In this document: positions 53,471-63,413 of the stretch, piece after piece | How positions within the stretch are numbered: position 1 is the first letter of the stretch | Layout: each line of letters begins with the position of its first letter | Assembly: GCA_965198945.1 (NCBI GenBank) | Contig: CBDAQI010000013.1 | Location: 62,428 to 126,427, forward strand | DNA: 64,000 nt | Reading direction: 5' to 3' | Origin: Thermodesulfobacteriota bacterium | Lineage (GTDB): Bacteria; Desulfobacterota_D; UBA1144; Nemesobacterales; Mycalebacteriaceae | Program-made: the position numbers and the translations under genes | Notes under the pieces: model-generated | What the model was told of the DNA's origin: nothing | Seen by the model: the letters and a program-made list of their open reading frames with translations, nothing else | Database searches by the model: none

Positions 53471-54241
53471 ATGCCGAAGAAAAAGTTTTTTGCTCCATTT
53501 GCGGTCGGAATTGCGGTTTGTCTTTTTTCTGTTTCGCTTTCATTGCTTAAAAACAGCAGCCCTCCGCCGGTTTCCATTCAGATAGAAGGATTGGAAACAG
53601 CTCATTTGCAGTCAGTGGAGATCAGCAGAAAAGCACCGTTTATGAACAGCAGGGTTTCCATGCATGGAGATTTATGGAGGACGGAAAGAATCGCCTTTTC
53701 TTTTCTTCTTGCCGCGCCTTTAAGAGTGTTGCCGGAAATTGAAAAAATAAGAATAAAAGTCGGGGAGAAGGAAAAGGTTCTGGAAGGGTCTCGCATTGAG
53801 AGAATGCCCGGATACAAAGAGGCCGGAAGCGGTTTTATTCTTTCCCTTTCCGTGGGAAATTTTGACTATTGGAAGCCGCTGAAGCCTTTTGCCGCTTCCT
53901 TTGCAGTTTATGTTTTCATGTCTGTCGCCGGTTTCCTGATACTGCGCCGCCGTTTCAGTATTTTTGTTTCTTCTATTTGTGCGGCATTTTTCTGTGCGGC
54001 GGGTATTTTAAGCGCAGAGGTTGCGGTCTTATCCGCTGTTTTTTTCTCTCTCGGATTTTTTCTCATCTTTCTGATACTGACAAACCTTCCCTCTTCACCT
54101 GTTTCCGCAAGGCCTTCCCGAGCTGAATTTGAACAATTTCAACAGACCTCACTTTGTGACTTATATACACCTTTTGTTTTCGCACCTTCCGGCTTTTGGT
54201 GCAAAGCTGCTTCTGGGGCTTTCCACCCCCGAAAAAAATAA
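53471..54241 (+). CDS. Membrane protein of unknown function. The 3' ~160 nt overlaps the GT-C gene out of frame, so it may be the displaced N-terminus of that gene.
   Basis: 256-aa ORF: N-terminal TM, ~120-aa soluble segment, then 2-3 TM helices. Ends in an A7 run at 54232-54238. Confidence 0.35.
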   Translation: MPKKKFFAPFAVGIAVCLFSVSLSLLKNSSPPPVSIQIEGLETAHLQSVEISRKAPFMNSRVSMHGDLWRTERIAFSFLLAAPLRVLPEIEKIRIKVGEKEKVLEGSRIERMPGYKEAGSGFILSLSVGNFDYWKPLKPFAASFAVYVFMSVAGFLILRRRFSIFVSSICAAFFCAAGILSAEVAVLSAVFFSLGFFLIFLILTNLPSSPVSARPSRAEFEQFQQTSLCDLYTPFVFAPSGFWCKAASGAFHPRKK

Positions 54242-55619
54242 AATAGTTTTTTTAATCTCGCGTTTTATAAATCTTGCGGCATTTATCGGATGCGGGGCTT
54301 TAGTCTACATCCTTGCAAGAAGATTTGCCGGCGCCCTTTCCTCGGCTCTTGCGTCCGCGGTTTTGCTTTTCAGTCTCGGATACGCAGTTCACTCCAAGTT
54401 TTTGACCGTTGATATTTTACTTGCGTTTTTTATGCTTGCGGCTTTTTACTTTGCTTTGCGCATTTATGAAAATGGCAAAACACGGGATTATCTGATAGCG
54501 GGTCTTTTTGCGGGCATTGCTGCGGGCGTCAAATACAACGGCATATTTGTCATAGTTGCCTTGGCGGTGATTCATTTGATGCTTTGTCACAACGGCAGGC
54601 GCGGATTACGCGAGACATTTTTCAATCGTAACCTTGCGCTTGCTTTTTTATGGACGCCACTGGGAATGTTTATCGCCGACCCGGCAATCTTATTGAATTT
54701 TCACGAATTTCTATCAGATGTTTATGTGAATCTGTCAATTGTCCGTTTCTACGAAGGAGAGACTGAAGGAACTTCTTACGGAAAAATTCTTGCATATTCA
54801 CTTGAACTTTTCGGCCCTCTTGGATGTGCGTTTGTTTTTATTTCAAATTTTTCGGCTCTCTATTTTTTGCTGAACAAACTTCTTTCTCAAAAGGCTCGCG
54901 TCTTGTTAGCGGTTTCGTTGGTCTTGTTCCTTTCTTATTTTACGGTGATGGGTTCTTCTCCGAATATGACCGTGCGCTATGTTCTCCCGATTTACGTTTT
55001 CCTTGTTCCGGCATGCGCGTTTTTCTTTTCTCTAATAGGGAGGAAGCCCTCTCTTTTGCTTGGTTCTGTGATTCTGCTTTACGGTTCCACATGTTTGTGG
55101 ATTGTAGGGGAAAGATTTGCCGCCGATCCAAGAATGCAGGCAATTATGTGGGTTAAAGAAAATGCCGGAGGTTCAGTTCTGGAAAGTTCCCACTATAGTC
55201 CTGATTGGAAAGTTATAATTGGAGATTCATATCAAACTGTCACAATGCCCAATATCAACCCAAACAAAATGCCAATTCTCCAGAAGCTTTTTGACCCTGA
55301 TAGTTTTATTTCTTCCAGTATTGATGAAGTAACACGAAGACGGAGCAGTGCACACTTTTCCTTTTACACACCGGAGAGCCTGAGGTTGAGAGCGCCTGAC
55401 TATGTTACTGTTCACTCCCATTTTGCCGACCAGTTTTTAAGAAATGAGGACGTGTTTCCTCAAATTGCCGACTATTTCCGGCAACTGCTCGCCGGAAAAT
55501 TGAACTATCGTATTGTTTTTGATGAACAAAATCCGGCTTCCCTGCCCTGGTGGGCATATCCGAAAGGGGTTGGAAACGTGGGCGGGCGGATGGTAATACT
55601 TCAAAGAGAGTCTAATTAA
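54129..55619 (+). CDS. GT-C fold membrane glycosyltransferase (ArnT / PMT_2-like). The N-terminal region is apparently missing or frameshifted.
   Basis: 496 aa multi-TM. Region NRPHFVTYIHLLFSHLPAFG…ISRFINLAAFIGCGALVYILARRF matches the ArnT/PMT loop-1 and TM2 region (KPPL…FG…R.p..l.g…Y.l.rr.fg). The upstream DE-motif segment is absent: the frame is closed by TGA at 54078. Confidence 0.6.
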   Translation: MNNFNRPHFVTYIHLLFSHLPAFGAKLLLGLSTPEKNKIVFLISRFINLAAFIGCGALVYILARRFAGALSSALASAVLLFSLGYAVHSKFLTVDILLAFFMLAAFYFALRIYENGKTRDYLIAGLFAGIAAGVKYNGIFVIVALAVIHLMLCHNGRRGLRETFFNRNLALAFLWTPLGMFIADPAILLNFHEFLSDVYVNLSIVRFYEGETEGTSYGKILAYSLELFGPLGCAFVFISNFSALYFLLNKLLSQKARVLLAVSLVLFLSYFTVMGSSPNMTVRYVLPIYVFLVPACAFFFSLIGRKPSLLLGSVILLYGSTCLWIVGERFAADPRMQAIMWVKENAGGSVLESSHYSPDWKVIIGDSYQTVTMPNINPNKMPILQKLFDPDSFISSSIDEVTRRRSSAHFSFYTPESLRLRAPDYVTVHSHFADQFLRNEDVFPQIADYFRQLLAGKLNYRIVFDEQNPASLPWWAYPKGVGNVGGRMVILQRESN

Positions 55620-56542
55620 TTTGAAGACTTTTTTTGAGGGCATTCAATTTTTTTTGAAACCTCAAGATACTTGGTGTGTCTGTTCTGCCATTCTCTTTTT
55701 TGATGGTCTCTCGAAAAAACTGACACTTTTTTAGTTCCGCAGTAAAAAGCCAAAAGTCGTGATTCTGAATGTTTGAGTCCTGAAATTTCAGGACGTATGG
55801 AGGATACATGAATGAAAACCGTTCCGTTCAAGTTTTCTTTTTTTGTTATGGTTCTGGGGAAAAAGTGCGGAACATGCAAGTGGCCGGACAGCCAAAGCTC
55901 AACCTTCTCTTTCTTTAACACTTCCGCAAAACGTTCTGAATTCAGAATCTTCCGGTCATCAAGGTCGGAAAATATTATGGAGCTACCCTCAAGCGGAGCG
56001 TGTGTTATAACGACTATTATTTTGTCCCTGTTTGTTTCCACCTGTTTTTTCCACCAAAGGAATGATTCATTACTGATGTATGTCGCTTTATTATCTTTTT
56101 CATCGGAAAGTAAAATAAAAAACATATTCCCGTAAAGGAAAGTCTTATTGAAATTCCCCAATTTTTCCTTGAACAGTTTTCCGCCGTCTTTTTTGACATC
56201 GTGATTGCCGGCAATCTCGTGCCACTGTTTAATATATGATTTTGACCGTTCGTTCAGATACCAGTCAAAAACCTCTTTGGTCGGAGAATTGACTATGTCT
56301 CCGGCGACAAGAGATATTTGGACTCCTGTCGTGTTCCGGTTTAAGTCAGAGACGGCTTTTTCAAAAGCGCGTCTGTGTTCTCTATCGGTTGGCTGAGTAT
56401 CAGCTAGCACCCAGACCTTAAAAACGTTTTCCCTCTTAAATATGTCTTCGGGGAAAGATTTGCCCGCGCATGAGATTAAAACAACGGGCGCAAAAAGTGT
56501 CAGCAGAAGCAGGAAACGCATCCTTTTACTTTTTCTCCGCAA
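55616..56542 (-). CDS. Calcineurin-like metallophosphoesterase, lipoprotein-type signal peptide
   Basis: 308 aa. Signal + LISCAG lipobox, metallophosphatase motifs (GDIVN…, GNHD, …GHLH). Confidence 0.8.
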   Translation of the reverse strand: MRRKSKRMRFLLLLTLFAPVVLISCAGKSFPEDIFKRENVFKVWVLADTQPTDREHRRAFEKAVSDLNRNTTGVQISLVAGDIVNSPTKEVFDWYLNERSKSYIKQWHEIAGNHDVKKDGGKLFKEKLGNFNKTFLYGNMFFILLSDEKDNKATYISNESFLWWKKQVETNRDKIIVVITHAPLEGSSIIFSDLDDRKILNSERFAEVLKKEKVELWLSGHLHVPHFFPRTITKKENLNGTVFIHVSSIRPEISGLKHSESRLLAFYCGTKKVSVFSRDHQKREWQNRHTKYLEVSKKIECPQKKSSN

Positions 56543-57834
56543 ACGGAGTCTATTTTTACTTTCACTCTGAGCCCTGCGGGCAGTTCCGTATCCTCTACGG
56601 CGACGGGAATATAATTGTCCGTTGTGCAGATTGAGCGTGTTTCAGATATTGCGGTCAGGGTTCTGCCCATGAACCTCTCAAAAAAACTTTGTTTCTTCTT
56701 AGAGCCAAGTTCGCGTATTTTCCGGCTTCTGCTTTTTTTTATTTCTTCGGGAACCGGGTTGTCCATAAAGTATGCCGAAGTATTTTTTCTGGGCGAATAC
56801 GGAAAAACATGAAAATAAGTCAGCTCCGAGTCGCGTGCCACCTCAAACGTATTTTGAAACTGACGATAGGTCTCTCCGGGAAATCCCACGATTATGTCGG
56901 TCCCTATGGATGCGTCGGGCATCATTTTTCTTATTGAATTAAGACACTCGGTAAATTGTTCCGAGTGGTAGCGGCGTCTCATTTTTTTCAAAACATCCGT
57001 GTCTCCGCTTTGAAGCGATACATGAAAACTTTCACACACTGATTCAGATTCGGAACAAAACCGTATCAGTTCATTGTTTAAATCCGCGGGGTCAAGCGAA
57101 CTAAGTCTGAGTCTTGGCAGCGGCTCCTGATATTCTTCAATTTCTCTGAGTAAGTATAAAAGAGATGAGCCGATGTCTTTGCCGTAACTTGCGAGGTGTA
57201 TTCCCGTCAAAACAGTCTCTCTGTAACCGTTTTTATACAATGTGGAGAGCCTTTTCAGAACTTCCGCGGGTTGCAGACTTCTTGATCTTCCCCGCGCCCT
57301 TGGGATTATGCAGAAACTGCATGCGTAGTTGCAGCCATCCTGAATTTTCAGAAAAGCTCTCGTTCGTTCCGGAAAGCGACCTATTGCCGGTGATTCAAAT
57401 TTCCTTTTCTTCTCCGCAAAAATGTCCGAGACGAAGACCCGCGCAGATTTTTGCGGCAACCCTTTCCGGACTATTTCCACAAGAGCTGGAAATTTATGTG
57501 AGTTTCCCACCACATAGTCAACGCCCTCCAGTGCGGCTATTTCATCCGCTGAAACCTGGGCGTAGCAACCCGTCATCACGACAACGCCTTCGGGGTTGGA
57601 TTTTTTCGCCCGTCGCGCATAATTTCTGGCTTCGGAATCCGTTTTTCCCGTTACTGTGCAGGTGTCAATCACATAGACGTCCGCTTTGTCTGAGAACTGT
57701 CCGTTGATTTCATATTTGCTTTCCGGCAGTCGTCCGAGCATGGCGGCGGTGTCATACTGGTTTACTTTGCACCCCAGAGTCAGAACTGAAATTTTACGTT
57801 TAGCGCCGCCATTTTTTTCGTCGGTGATTTTCAT
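56500..57834 (-). CDS. Radical-SAM methylthiotransferase, MiaB/MtaB family
   Basis: 444 aa. N-terminal MTTase Cys triad, radical-SAM CNYACSFC, C-terminal TRAM domain. Confidence 0.85.
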   Translation of the reverse strand: MKITDEKNGGAKRKISVLTLGCKVNQYDTAAMLGRLPESKYEINGQFSDKADVYVIDTCTVTGKTDSEARNYARRAKKSNPEGVVVMTGCYAQVSADEIAALEGVDYVVGNSHKFPALVEIVRKGLPQKSARVFVSDIFAEKKRKFESPAIGRFPERTRAFLKIQDGCNYACSFCIIPRARGRSRSLQPAEVLKRLSTLYKNGYRETVLTGIHLASYGKDIGSSLLYLLREIEEYQEPLPRLRLSSLDPADLNNELIRFCSESESVCESFHVSLQSGDTDVLKKMRRRYHSEQFTECLNSIRKMMPDASIGTDIIVGFPGETYRQFQNTFEVARDSELTYFHVFPYSPRKNTSAYFMDNPVPEEIKKSRSRKIRELGSKKKQSFFERFMGRTLTAISETRSICTTDNYIPVAVEDTELPAGLRVKVKIDSVCGEKVKGCVSCFC

Positions 57835-57845
57835 TTGAGTTTTTC

Positions 57846-58928
57846 TCAGGCGGCAACCGTCCGTTTGATCCAGCCGCCTCCCAGCACCTCGCCGCTGTCG
57901 TAGAAAACAACCGCCTGCCCCGGAGCAACCGCTCTCTGAGGTTCTGAGAATGTGACAATAGCCCCGCCGTCGGGTTTGGTTTCAACCGCCGCTTTTTTTT
58001 CCGAATGCCCATGCCTTATTTTTGCTTCAATTTCCATTCCGTTTTCCGGAGCTTCCCGAACCCATGAAAGCTTTTCGGCCACCAGCCCGCGATTGTAGAG
58101 GTCAGCCTCGTGTCCGACTGTAATTCTGTTCTTTTCAGAGTCTATTCTGACCACATAAACGGGGTCGCTTTCAGGATCGGATGTTTGTATGCCGAGCCTC
58201 CTTCTCTGCCCCACAGTGTAGGAATGGATTCCGCCATGTTTGCCTACCGTCTCTCCCTGTTTGTCAACAAAATTGCCTTCGGGCGGTATGGATTCACCAA
58301 TGTTTTTTGAAAGAAAATTTCTGTAGTCGCCGCCGGTCAGAAAACAAACCCCCATGCTTTCGGGCTTCTCAGCGACTTCAAGACCGAATTCCCGCGCCTT
58401 TTGCCTGACTTCAGTTTTTGTGCTTTCGCCGAGTGGAAACATAATATTTTCAAGTTCCTTTTGCGTGAGTGTAAAAAGAAAGTAGGTTTGATCTTTACGG
58501 TTGTCAACGCCTTTGAAAAGAGCATTGCCGTTTCGCTCTTTCCGCACCCGCGCGTAGTGGCCGGTTGCCAGAGCGTCTGCCCCGAGTTCACGCGCACGCC
58601 GCAAAAGCAGGTCAAATTTCATAAACTGGTTGCACAGAGTGCAAGGGACCGGAGTTTGCCCCGACCGGTATTTTTTAACAAAATCTGAAACCACCGTTTT
58701 TTGGAATGGCTCCATATAGTTGGCAACATAGTGAGGTATGCCGATTTGACGCGCCACATTTCTTGCGTCTCTTACCTCGTCAGCAGAGCAACACCCCCCG
58801 GAAGACTCGCCGTAGTCCCAAAGCTGCATTGTGATTCCGATTACTTCGTGCCCTTCATTTTTAAGCATTGCGGCGACCGTGGATGAATCCACCCCCCCGC
58901 TCATTGCAACAACTATTCTCTTTTTCAT
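57846..58928 (-). CDS. mnmA: tRNA-specific 2-thiouridylase
   Basis: 360 aa. PP-loop SGGVDSS and catalytic Cys residues. Confidence 0.9.
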   Translation of the reverse strand: MKKRIVVAMSGGVDSSTVAAMLKNEGHEVIGITMQLWDYGESSGGCCSADEVRDARNVARQIGIPHYVANYMEPFQKTVVSDFVKKYRSGQTPVPCTLCNQFMKFDLLLRRARELGADALATGHYARVRKERNGNALFKGVDNRKDQTYFLFTLTQKELENIMFPLGESTKTEVRQKAREFGLEVAEKPESMGVCFLTGGDYRNFLSKNIGESIPPEGNFVDKQGETVGKHGGIHSYTVGQRRRLGIQTSDPESDPVYVVRIDSEKNRITVGHEADLYNRGLVAEKLSWVREAPENGMEIEAKIRHGHSEKKAAVETKPDGGAIVTFSEPQRAVAPGQAVVFYDSGEVLGGGWIKRTVAA

Positions 58929-58946
58929 TTTCTTAAACTGGAAATT

Positions 58947-59021
58947 TCGGGGTGACTGGACTTGAACCAGCGACCTCTGCGTCCCGAACGCAGCGCTCTA
59001 GCCAATCTGAGCTACACCCCG
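58947..59021 (-). tRNA. tRNA-Pro (anticodon CGG)
   Basis: Hand-folded. Acceptor CGGGGTG/CACCCCG, anticodon stem CTGCG/CGCAG with loop TTCGGGA, T-arm GCTGG-TTCAAGT-CCAGT. Confidence 0.85.
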
Positions 59022-59104
59022 TTTTTCTTTCAAGAATAGAATCATAACGGATATGATAGTTTTTCACAGTTGAAAAAGCGTTTGGACGCAGGATAATTCA
59101 ATAT

Positions 59105-59905
59105 ATGAATTCTTCCCGTCCGGTCGGAATTTTTGACTCCGGTATTGGAGGGCTTACGGTTGTCCGGGAAGTGGTAAAACTTCTGCCGTCTGAGAACATA
59201 ATTTATCTGGGTGACACCGCCCGCCTGCCATATGGAACAAAATCCCGTGAAACGGTCATATCTTACTCTCGTAAGAATGCCGGTTTTCTTGTATCAGAAG
59301 GTGTGAAATTTATAATTGCCGCCTGCAACACGGCTTCAGCTTATTCCATACGGATTCTTTCTGAAGAACTGCCCATTCCGGTTTTCGGTGTTATAACCCC
59401 GGGAGCCAAAAGAGCGGCGGCGATTACCCGAAACGGCAAAATCGGTGTCATAGGAACCCCGTCCACAGTCAGAAGCGGAGCTTATAAAAGCGCCCTTGAG
59501 TCTGAAAACCCGTCATTAGAAGTTTCTTCCCTTCCCTGCCCTCTTTTTGTTCCTCTTGTTGAAGAAGGATTATGCGAAGGAGAAATAACTGAAACTATTA
59601 TCCGTAAATACCTTGTTTCATTGCAAAACAAAAAAATTGATACTCTGATATTGGGTTGTACTCACTACCCTCTTATGAAAAAACCAATCTCTGAAGTTAT
59701 GGGGGAAAAAGTTACGCTTGTTGATTCGGCCGAAGAGACGGCGGCGGAAACGGCGGCTTTTTTAAGAAAAAATGGGCTTTCAAATGAGAGCGGCGGAGGG
59801 TCATCGGAGTTTTATCTGACGGACGTCTCGGAAAGTTTTACTGAAATCGCCGGAAGGTTTCTCGGAAAAGAACTGGAGACAGTAAATCTTATAGACATGC
59901 CTTAA
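59105..59905 (+). CDS. murI: Glutamate racemase
   Basis: 266 aa. DSGIGG and the two catalytic Cys motifs (…ACNTAS…, …GCTHYP…). Confidence 0.9.
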   Translation: MNSSRPVGIFDSGIGGLTVVREVVKLLPSENIIYLGDTARLPYGTKSRETVISYSRKNAGFLVSEGVKFIIAACNTASAYSIRILSEELPIPVFGVITPGAKRAAAITRNGKIGVIGTPSTVRSGAYKSALESENPSLEVSSLPCPLFVPLVEEGLCEGEITETIIRKYLVSLQNKKIDTLILGCTHYPLMKKPISEVMGEKVTLVDSAEETAAETAAFLRKNGLSNESGGGSSEFYLTDVSESFTEIAGRFLGKELETVNLIDMP

Positions 59906-59966
59906 GTCTCTTTTGGCAAAAGACCCCCGCACTGAAAACAAAACAAATGAAGTCACACAGACCCGG

Positions 59967-60959
59967 TCAATCTGCAAGGGCTTTCTTTAATTCTTCGGTC
60001 AGCCGAGGCAAAACTTCAAAAAGGTCTCCGCATATTCCGTAGTCTGATTTTGCAAATATGGGAGCCTCCGGATCTTTGTTTATTGAAACGATTACTTTTG
60101 AAGAACCCATCCCTGAAAAATGCTGAACTGAGCCTGAGATCGCTATTGCCATATAAAGATTGGGCGAAACCGCTTTCCCGGTTTGACCGACCTGCATGTC
60201 GTAGGGACAGTATCCGGCGTCAACCGCGGCGCGGGTTGCTCCGGCCGCAGCGCCGAGCATGTCCGCAAGATCGTATATGTGCTTGAAGTTTTCCTCGCTC
60301 CCAAGCCCTCTGCCTCCCGAAACAACTCTTTCCGCTTCCGTAAGTTCTGGTCTGTCGGACTCTTTCGTTTTCATCTCAACGAGTTTAATTTTCAGGTCGT
60401 CCGGTGAAATTTCCACGCTCTCCGAAATTTTTTCACCCTGAACCGGAGACTCCTCCTCTTTGAATGAGTTCGGCCGCACGGTCGCAATCATTGTGTCATT
60501 TCCATGAAACACTTGAGTTGATATGGCGCGGCTTGAGTGCGAATAACGCTTTATGACAAGGGCTCCGTCAGAAACATCAAGACTTACCGCTTCCATTGCG
60601 AGCCCCGAGGCGGTGCGCGCGGCTACGCGGGGTATGTAGTCTTCCGAGAAAGAACTGTGACCGACGAGCACAACTTTAGGCGAGTGTTTTTTAATGAGTT
60701 CGGAGAGCGCTTTGACATAACTGTCAGGGTTGAACTCTTTCAGATGCTCATTTTCAACCGTGTAGACTTTTTGTGCGCCGAATTTGCTCATCTCTTCGGA
60801 CTGTGATGACACTGAATCCGCCATCACAACTCCGCACAGCGCGGCCCCGTCCAGCTTTGATGAGAGCTCGCGGCGCGCCTCTGAGATTATTTCAAAAGTC
60901 ACCTTCCTGATTGAACCGTCCAGTTTCTGGTCTGCCACAACCCATATTTCGTTGCTCAT
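59967..60959 (-). CDS. etfA: Electron transfer flavoprotein alpha subunit
   Basis: 330 aa. C-terminal FAD-binding domain (…YMAIAISGSVQH…). Confidence 0.85.
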   Translation of the reverse strand: MSNEIWVVADQKLDGSIRKVTFEIISEARRELSSKLDGAALCGVVMADSVSSQSEEMSKFGAQKVYTVENEHLKEFNPDSYVKALSELIKKHSPKVVLVGHSSFSEDYIPRVAARTASGLAMEAVSLDVSDGALVIKRYSHSSRAISTQVFHGNDTMIATVRPNSFKEEESPVQGEKISESVEISPDDLKIKLVEMKTKESDRPELTEAERVVSGGRGLGSEENFKHIYDLADMLGAAAGATRAAVDAGYCPYDMQVGQTGKAVSPNLYMAIAISGSVQHFSGMGSSKVIVSINKDPEAPIFAKSDYGICGDLFEVLPRLTEELKKALAD

Positions 60960-60999
60960 TCGTTTAAGTCCTCCGGTTTGTATTTTACTTTTCCAGGTG

Positions 61000-61839
61000 T
61001 CAGATAACCTTGGCTTCCTCTCTGAGAAGTTTTACTATCTCCTGAGCGGAATTTACCACTTCATCGTTTTTTACGGTTGTGTCATCCGAGCCTTTTATGA
61101 TTTTCAGTTTTCTTTCAATCTGCGGAACTTCCACTTTTGTGGTTTTTATCCGCGAGCCCGCTTTGGTGACATTTTCCCGCGCAATTCCGAGGGCGCCGAA
61201 ATCTATGTCATCAAGAGAGACCTCATTGACCGGTTTTTTCTTGGCCTTCATTATCCCCGGCAGAGAGGCATAGCGCGGTTCATTCATTGCGTCGGGGCAG
61301 GTTATCAGGGCCGGAAGCGGAAGTTCAATTATTGCGCTTCCACCGTCAACTTCTTTCTGACAAACCATTTTCTTCTCGTCCGGTTTGATTTCCATAACCT
61401 TGCTTACAAGCGCGGCGTGCGGAATTCCAAGTTCTTCGGCAATTTGGATTCCCACTTGAGCCGATTCTTCGTCAATTGCCTTCATTCCCGTAAAAATCAG
61501 ATCAACATCACCGATTTTTTTGATTTCCCCCGACACAATTTTGGCAACCGTATAAGGGTCTGTCTCGGCGATTCCATCATCTTTTATATGGACGGCTGAA
61601 GCGGCTCCCATGGCGAGCCCCTGGCGGATGGATTCAATGACTCTTGCCGGACCGGCCGATACAATTATTACTTCGCCTCCGTGTTTTTCGGCGGTTTGAA
61701 TCGCTTCTTCAACGGCAAATTCATCATATGGGTTCATTATCCATTTGATTCCCTCAGAATCAATTGAATCGCCTGAAGCGCTAACCTTGATTTTGGCTTC
61801 GGTGTCCTGCGTTTGAGTTACAAAAACAACGATCTTCAT
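61000..61839 (-). CDS. etfB: Electron transfer flavoprotein beta subunit
   Basis: 279 aa ETF-beta fold, immediately upstream of etfA. Confidence 0.85.
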   Translation of the reverse strand: MKIVVFVTQTQDTEAKIKVSASGDSIDSEGIKWIMNPYDEFAVEEAIQTAEKHGGEVIIVSAGPARVIESIRQGLAMGAASAVHIKDDGIAETDPYTVAKIVSGEIKKIGDVDLIFTGMKAIDEESAQVGIQIAEELGIPHAALVSKVMEIKPDEKKMVCQKEVDGGSAIIELPLPALITCPDAMNEPRYASLPGIMKAKKKPVNEVSLDDIDFGALGIARENVTKAGSRIKTTKVEVPQIERKLKIIKGSDDTTVKNDEVVNSAQEIVKLLREEAKVI

Positions 61840-61962
61840 TTTTTACCTCTTGTTTGTTACAGGTTTCGGAAACGGTTTGATAGAAACAAACTGAAAGTTT
61901 ATTATAGAGAATGGCTTTTTACTGTCAAGAATTGTCTCTCCACTTTGTTATAAGGAATTTGT

Positions 61963-62412
61963 ATGGTCATAGCCGTAGGAAGCGATGAGAAGACACACCT
62001 TACCGATTTTGTTCTGGGCTGCCTGAAAAAACGCGGCCTGCGCGTGAAGATTTTCGGACCTCCAGCCGGGGAAAATACTCAATGGGCCGATATCGCCGAA
62101 GCGGTCGCGCGGGAAGTTTCAGAGGGAGTCTGTGAACAGGGAATACTTTTCTGCTGGACCGGAACCGGGGTTTCAATCGCCGCAAATAAAATTCCCGGAG
62201 TCCGTGCGGCGTTGTGTTGTGATTCTGAAACGGCTTCGGGGGCGAGAAAATGGAATGATGCAAATGTTCTGGCAATGAGCTTAAGGACCACTTCCACGCA
62301 GGTTGCAAAAGAGATACTTGACCGTTGGTTTGAGTCATTTCCCGAAGAGAGTGAAAAAGTTAACATAGAAAAAATTTCACAGCTTGAGACCAAGTATTTT
62401 CTGAAAAAATGA
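61963..62412 (+). CDS. rpiB: Ribose-5-phosphate isomerase B (RpiB/LacAB family)
   Basis: 149 aa. …CWTGTGVSIAANK… active-site region. Confidence 0.85.
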   Translation: MVIAVGSDEKTHLTDFVLGCLKKRGLRVKIFGPPAGENTQWADIAEAVAREVSEGVCEQGILFCWTGTGVSIAANKIPGVRAALCCDSETASGARKWNDANVLAMSLRTTSTQVAKEILDRWFESFPEESEKVNIEKISQLETKYFLKK

Positions 62413-63413
62413 AAAAAGACCTTTTAACAATTGCCATTGTGGGAGCCACGGGAGCCGTTGGACGCGAGATTATTTCCATTCTTAAAGAGAGGGACTTTCC
62501 GGTGGGCGCTCTCAAACTTTTTGCATCAGAGCGTTCCGAAGGAAAAAAGATTGAGTTTGGAGACCGCTCATTCACCGTTGAGCCCCTTTTTTCCGGATGT
62601 TTCAGGGGAGTTGACATGGCAATTTTTTCAGCGGGCGCTTCAACCAGCAGGATTTACGCGCCCCTTGCGGCGGACGAAGGCGCGGTGGTTGTGGACAACA
62701 GCTCGGCGTTCAGAATGGATGACGATGTTCCGCTTGTGGTGCCCGAAATAAACGGCGGATTGCTGGATGAAATTCCGCAAAGACGCATAATTGCGAATCC
62801 CAACTGCACAACCGCGATTATGGCGATGGCCGTAAAGCCCATTCACGACTCCGGCAAAGTCACAAATATTATAGCGACCAGTTTTCAATCGGTCTCCGGA
62901 GCCGGAGCTGCGGGGATTGACGAGTTGGAAAATCAGATCAAAAAATGGCCGGCTTCCGCCGGATCTAAAGTTTTCCCGGCGCAGATTTTTCTCAATGTCA
63001 TACCTCAGATAGATATTTTCGTTGATAATCAATACACAAAAGAGGAAATGAAAATTCATAATGAAATCAGAAAAATTCTGGATGCTGACATTAAAGTTAG
63101 CGCAACTGCCGTGAGAGTGCCAGTTATGAGAGCTCATTCCATTTCAATGAGTGTGGAGACCGAAACTCCCGTTTCGCCCCTTGAGGCGGAAAAGGCGATT
63201 GAACATTTTCCGGGTGTCCGCGTTGTGTGTGGCGAATCTTATCCGGTGCCGATTGACTGTTCGGGCGGAGACGACTGCTTTGTCGGCAGAATAAGGCGGG
63301 ATATAACGGGCGACAACCGTCTCTGTTTATGGATCGTGGGTGATCAGTTGAGGAAAGGCGCTGCGCTTAATTCGGTGCAGATAGCCGAACAAATAGCCGG
63401 ACTACATGTTTAA
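62409..63413 (+). CDS. asd: Aspartate-semialdehyde dehydrogenase
   Basis: 334 aa. N-terminal GATGAVG Rossmann, catalytic Cys (NPNCTT). Confidence 0.9.
   Translation: MKKDLLTIAIVGATGAVGREIISILKERDFPVGALKLFASERSEGKKIEFGDRSFTVEPLFSGCFRGVDMAIFSAGASTSRIYAPLAADEGAVVVDNSSAFRMDDDVPLVVPEINGGLLDEIPQRRIIANPNCTTAIMAMAVKPIHDSGKVTNIIATSFQSVSGAGAAGIDELENQIKKWPASAGSKVFPAQIFLNVIPQIDIFVDNQYTKEEMKIHNEIRKILDADIKVSATAVRVPVMRAHSISMSVETETPVSPLEAEKAIEHFPGVRVVCGESYPVPIDCSGGDDCFVGRIRRDITGDNRLCLWIVGDQLRKGAALNSVQIAEQIAGLHV

Noticed and set aside
59906-59966. Bidirectional terminator between convergent murI and etfA
   Set aside because: Only an A/T-rich 6-bp stem (TCTTTT / AAAAGA) is present. Too weak to support without folding energies.
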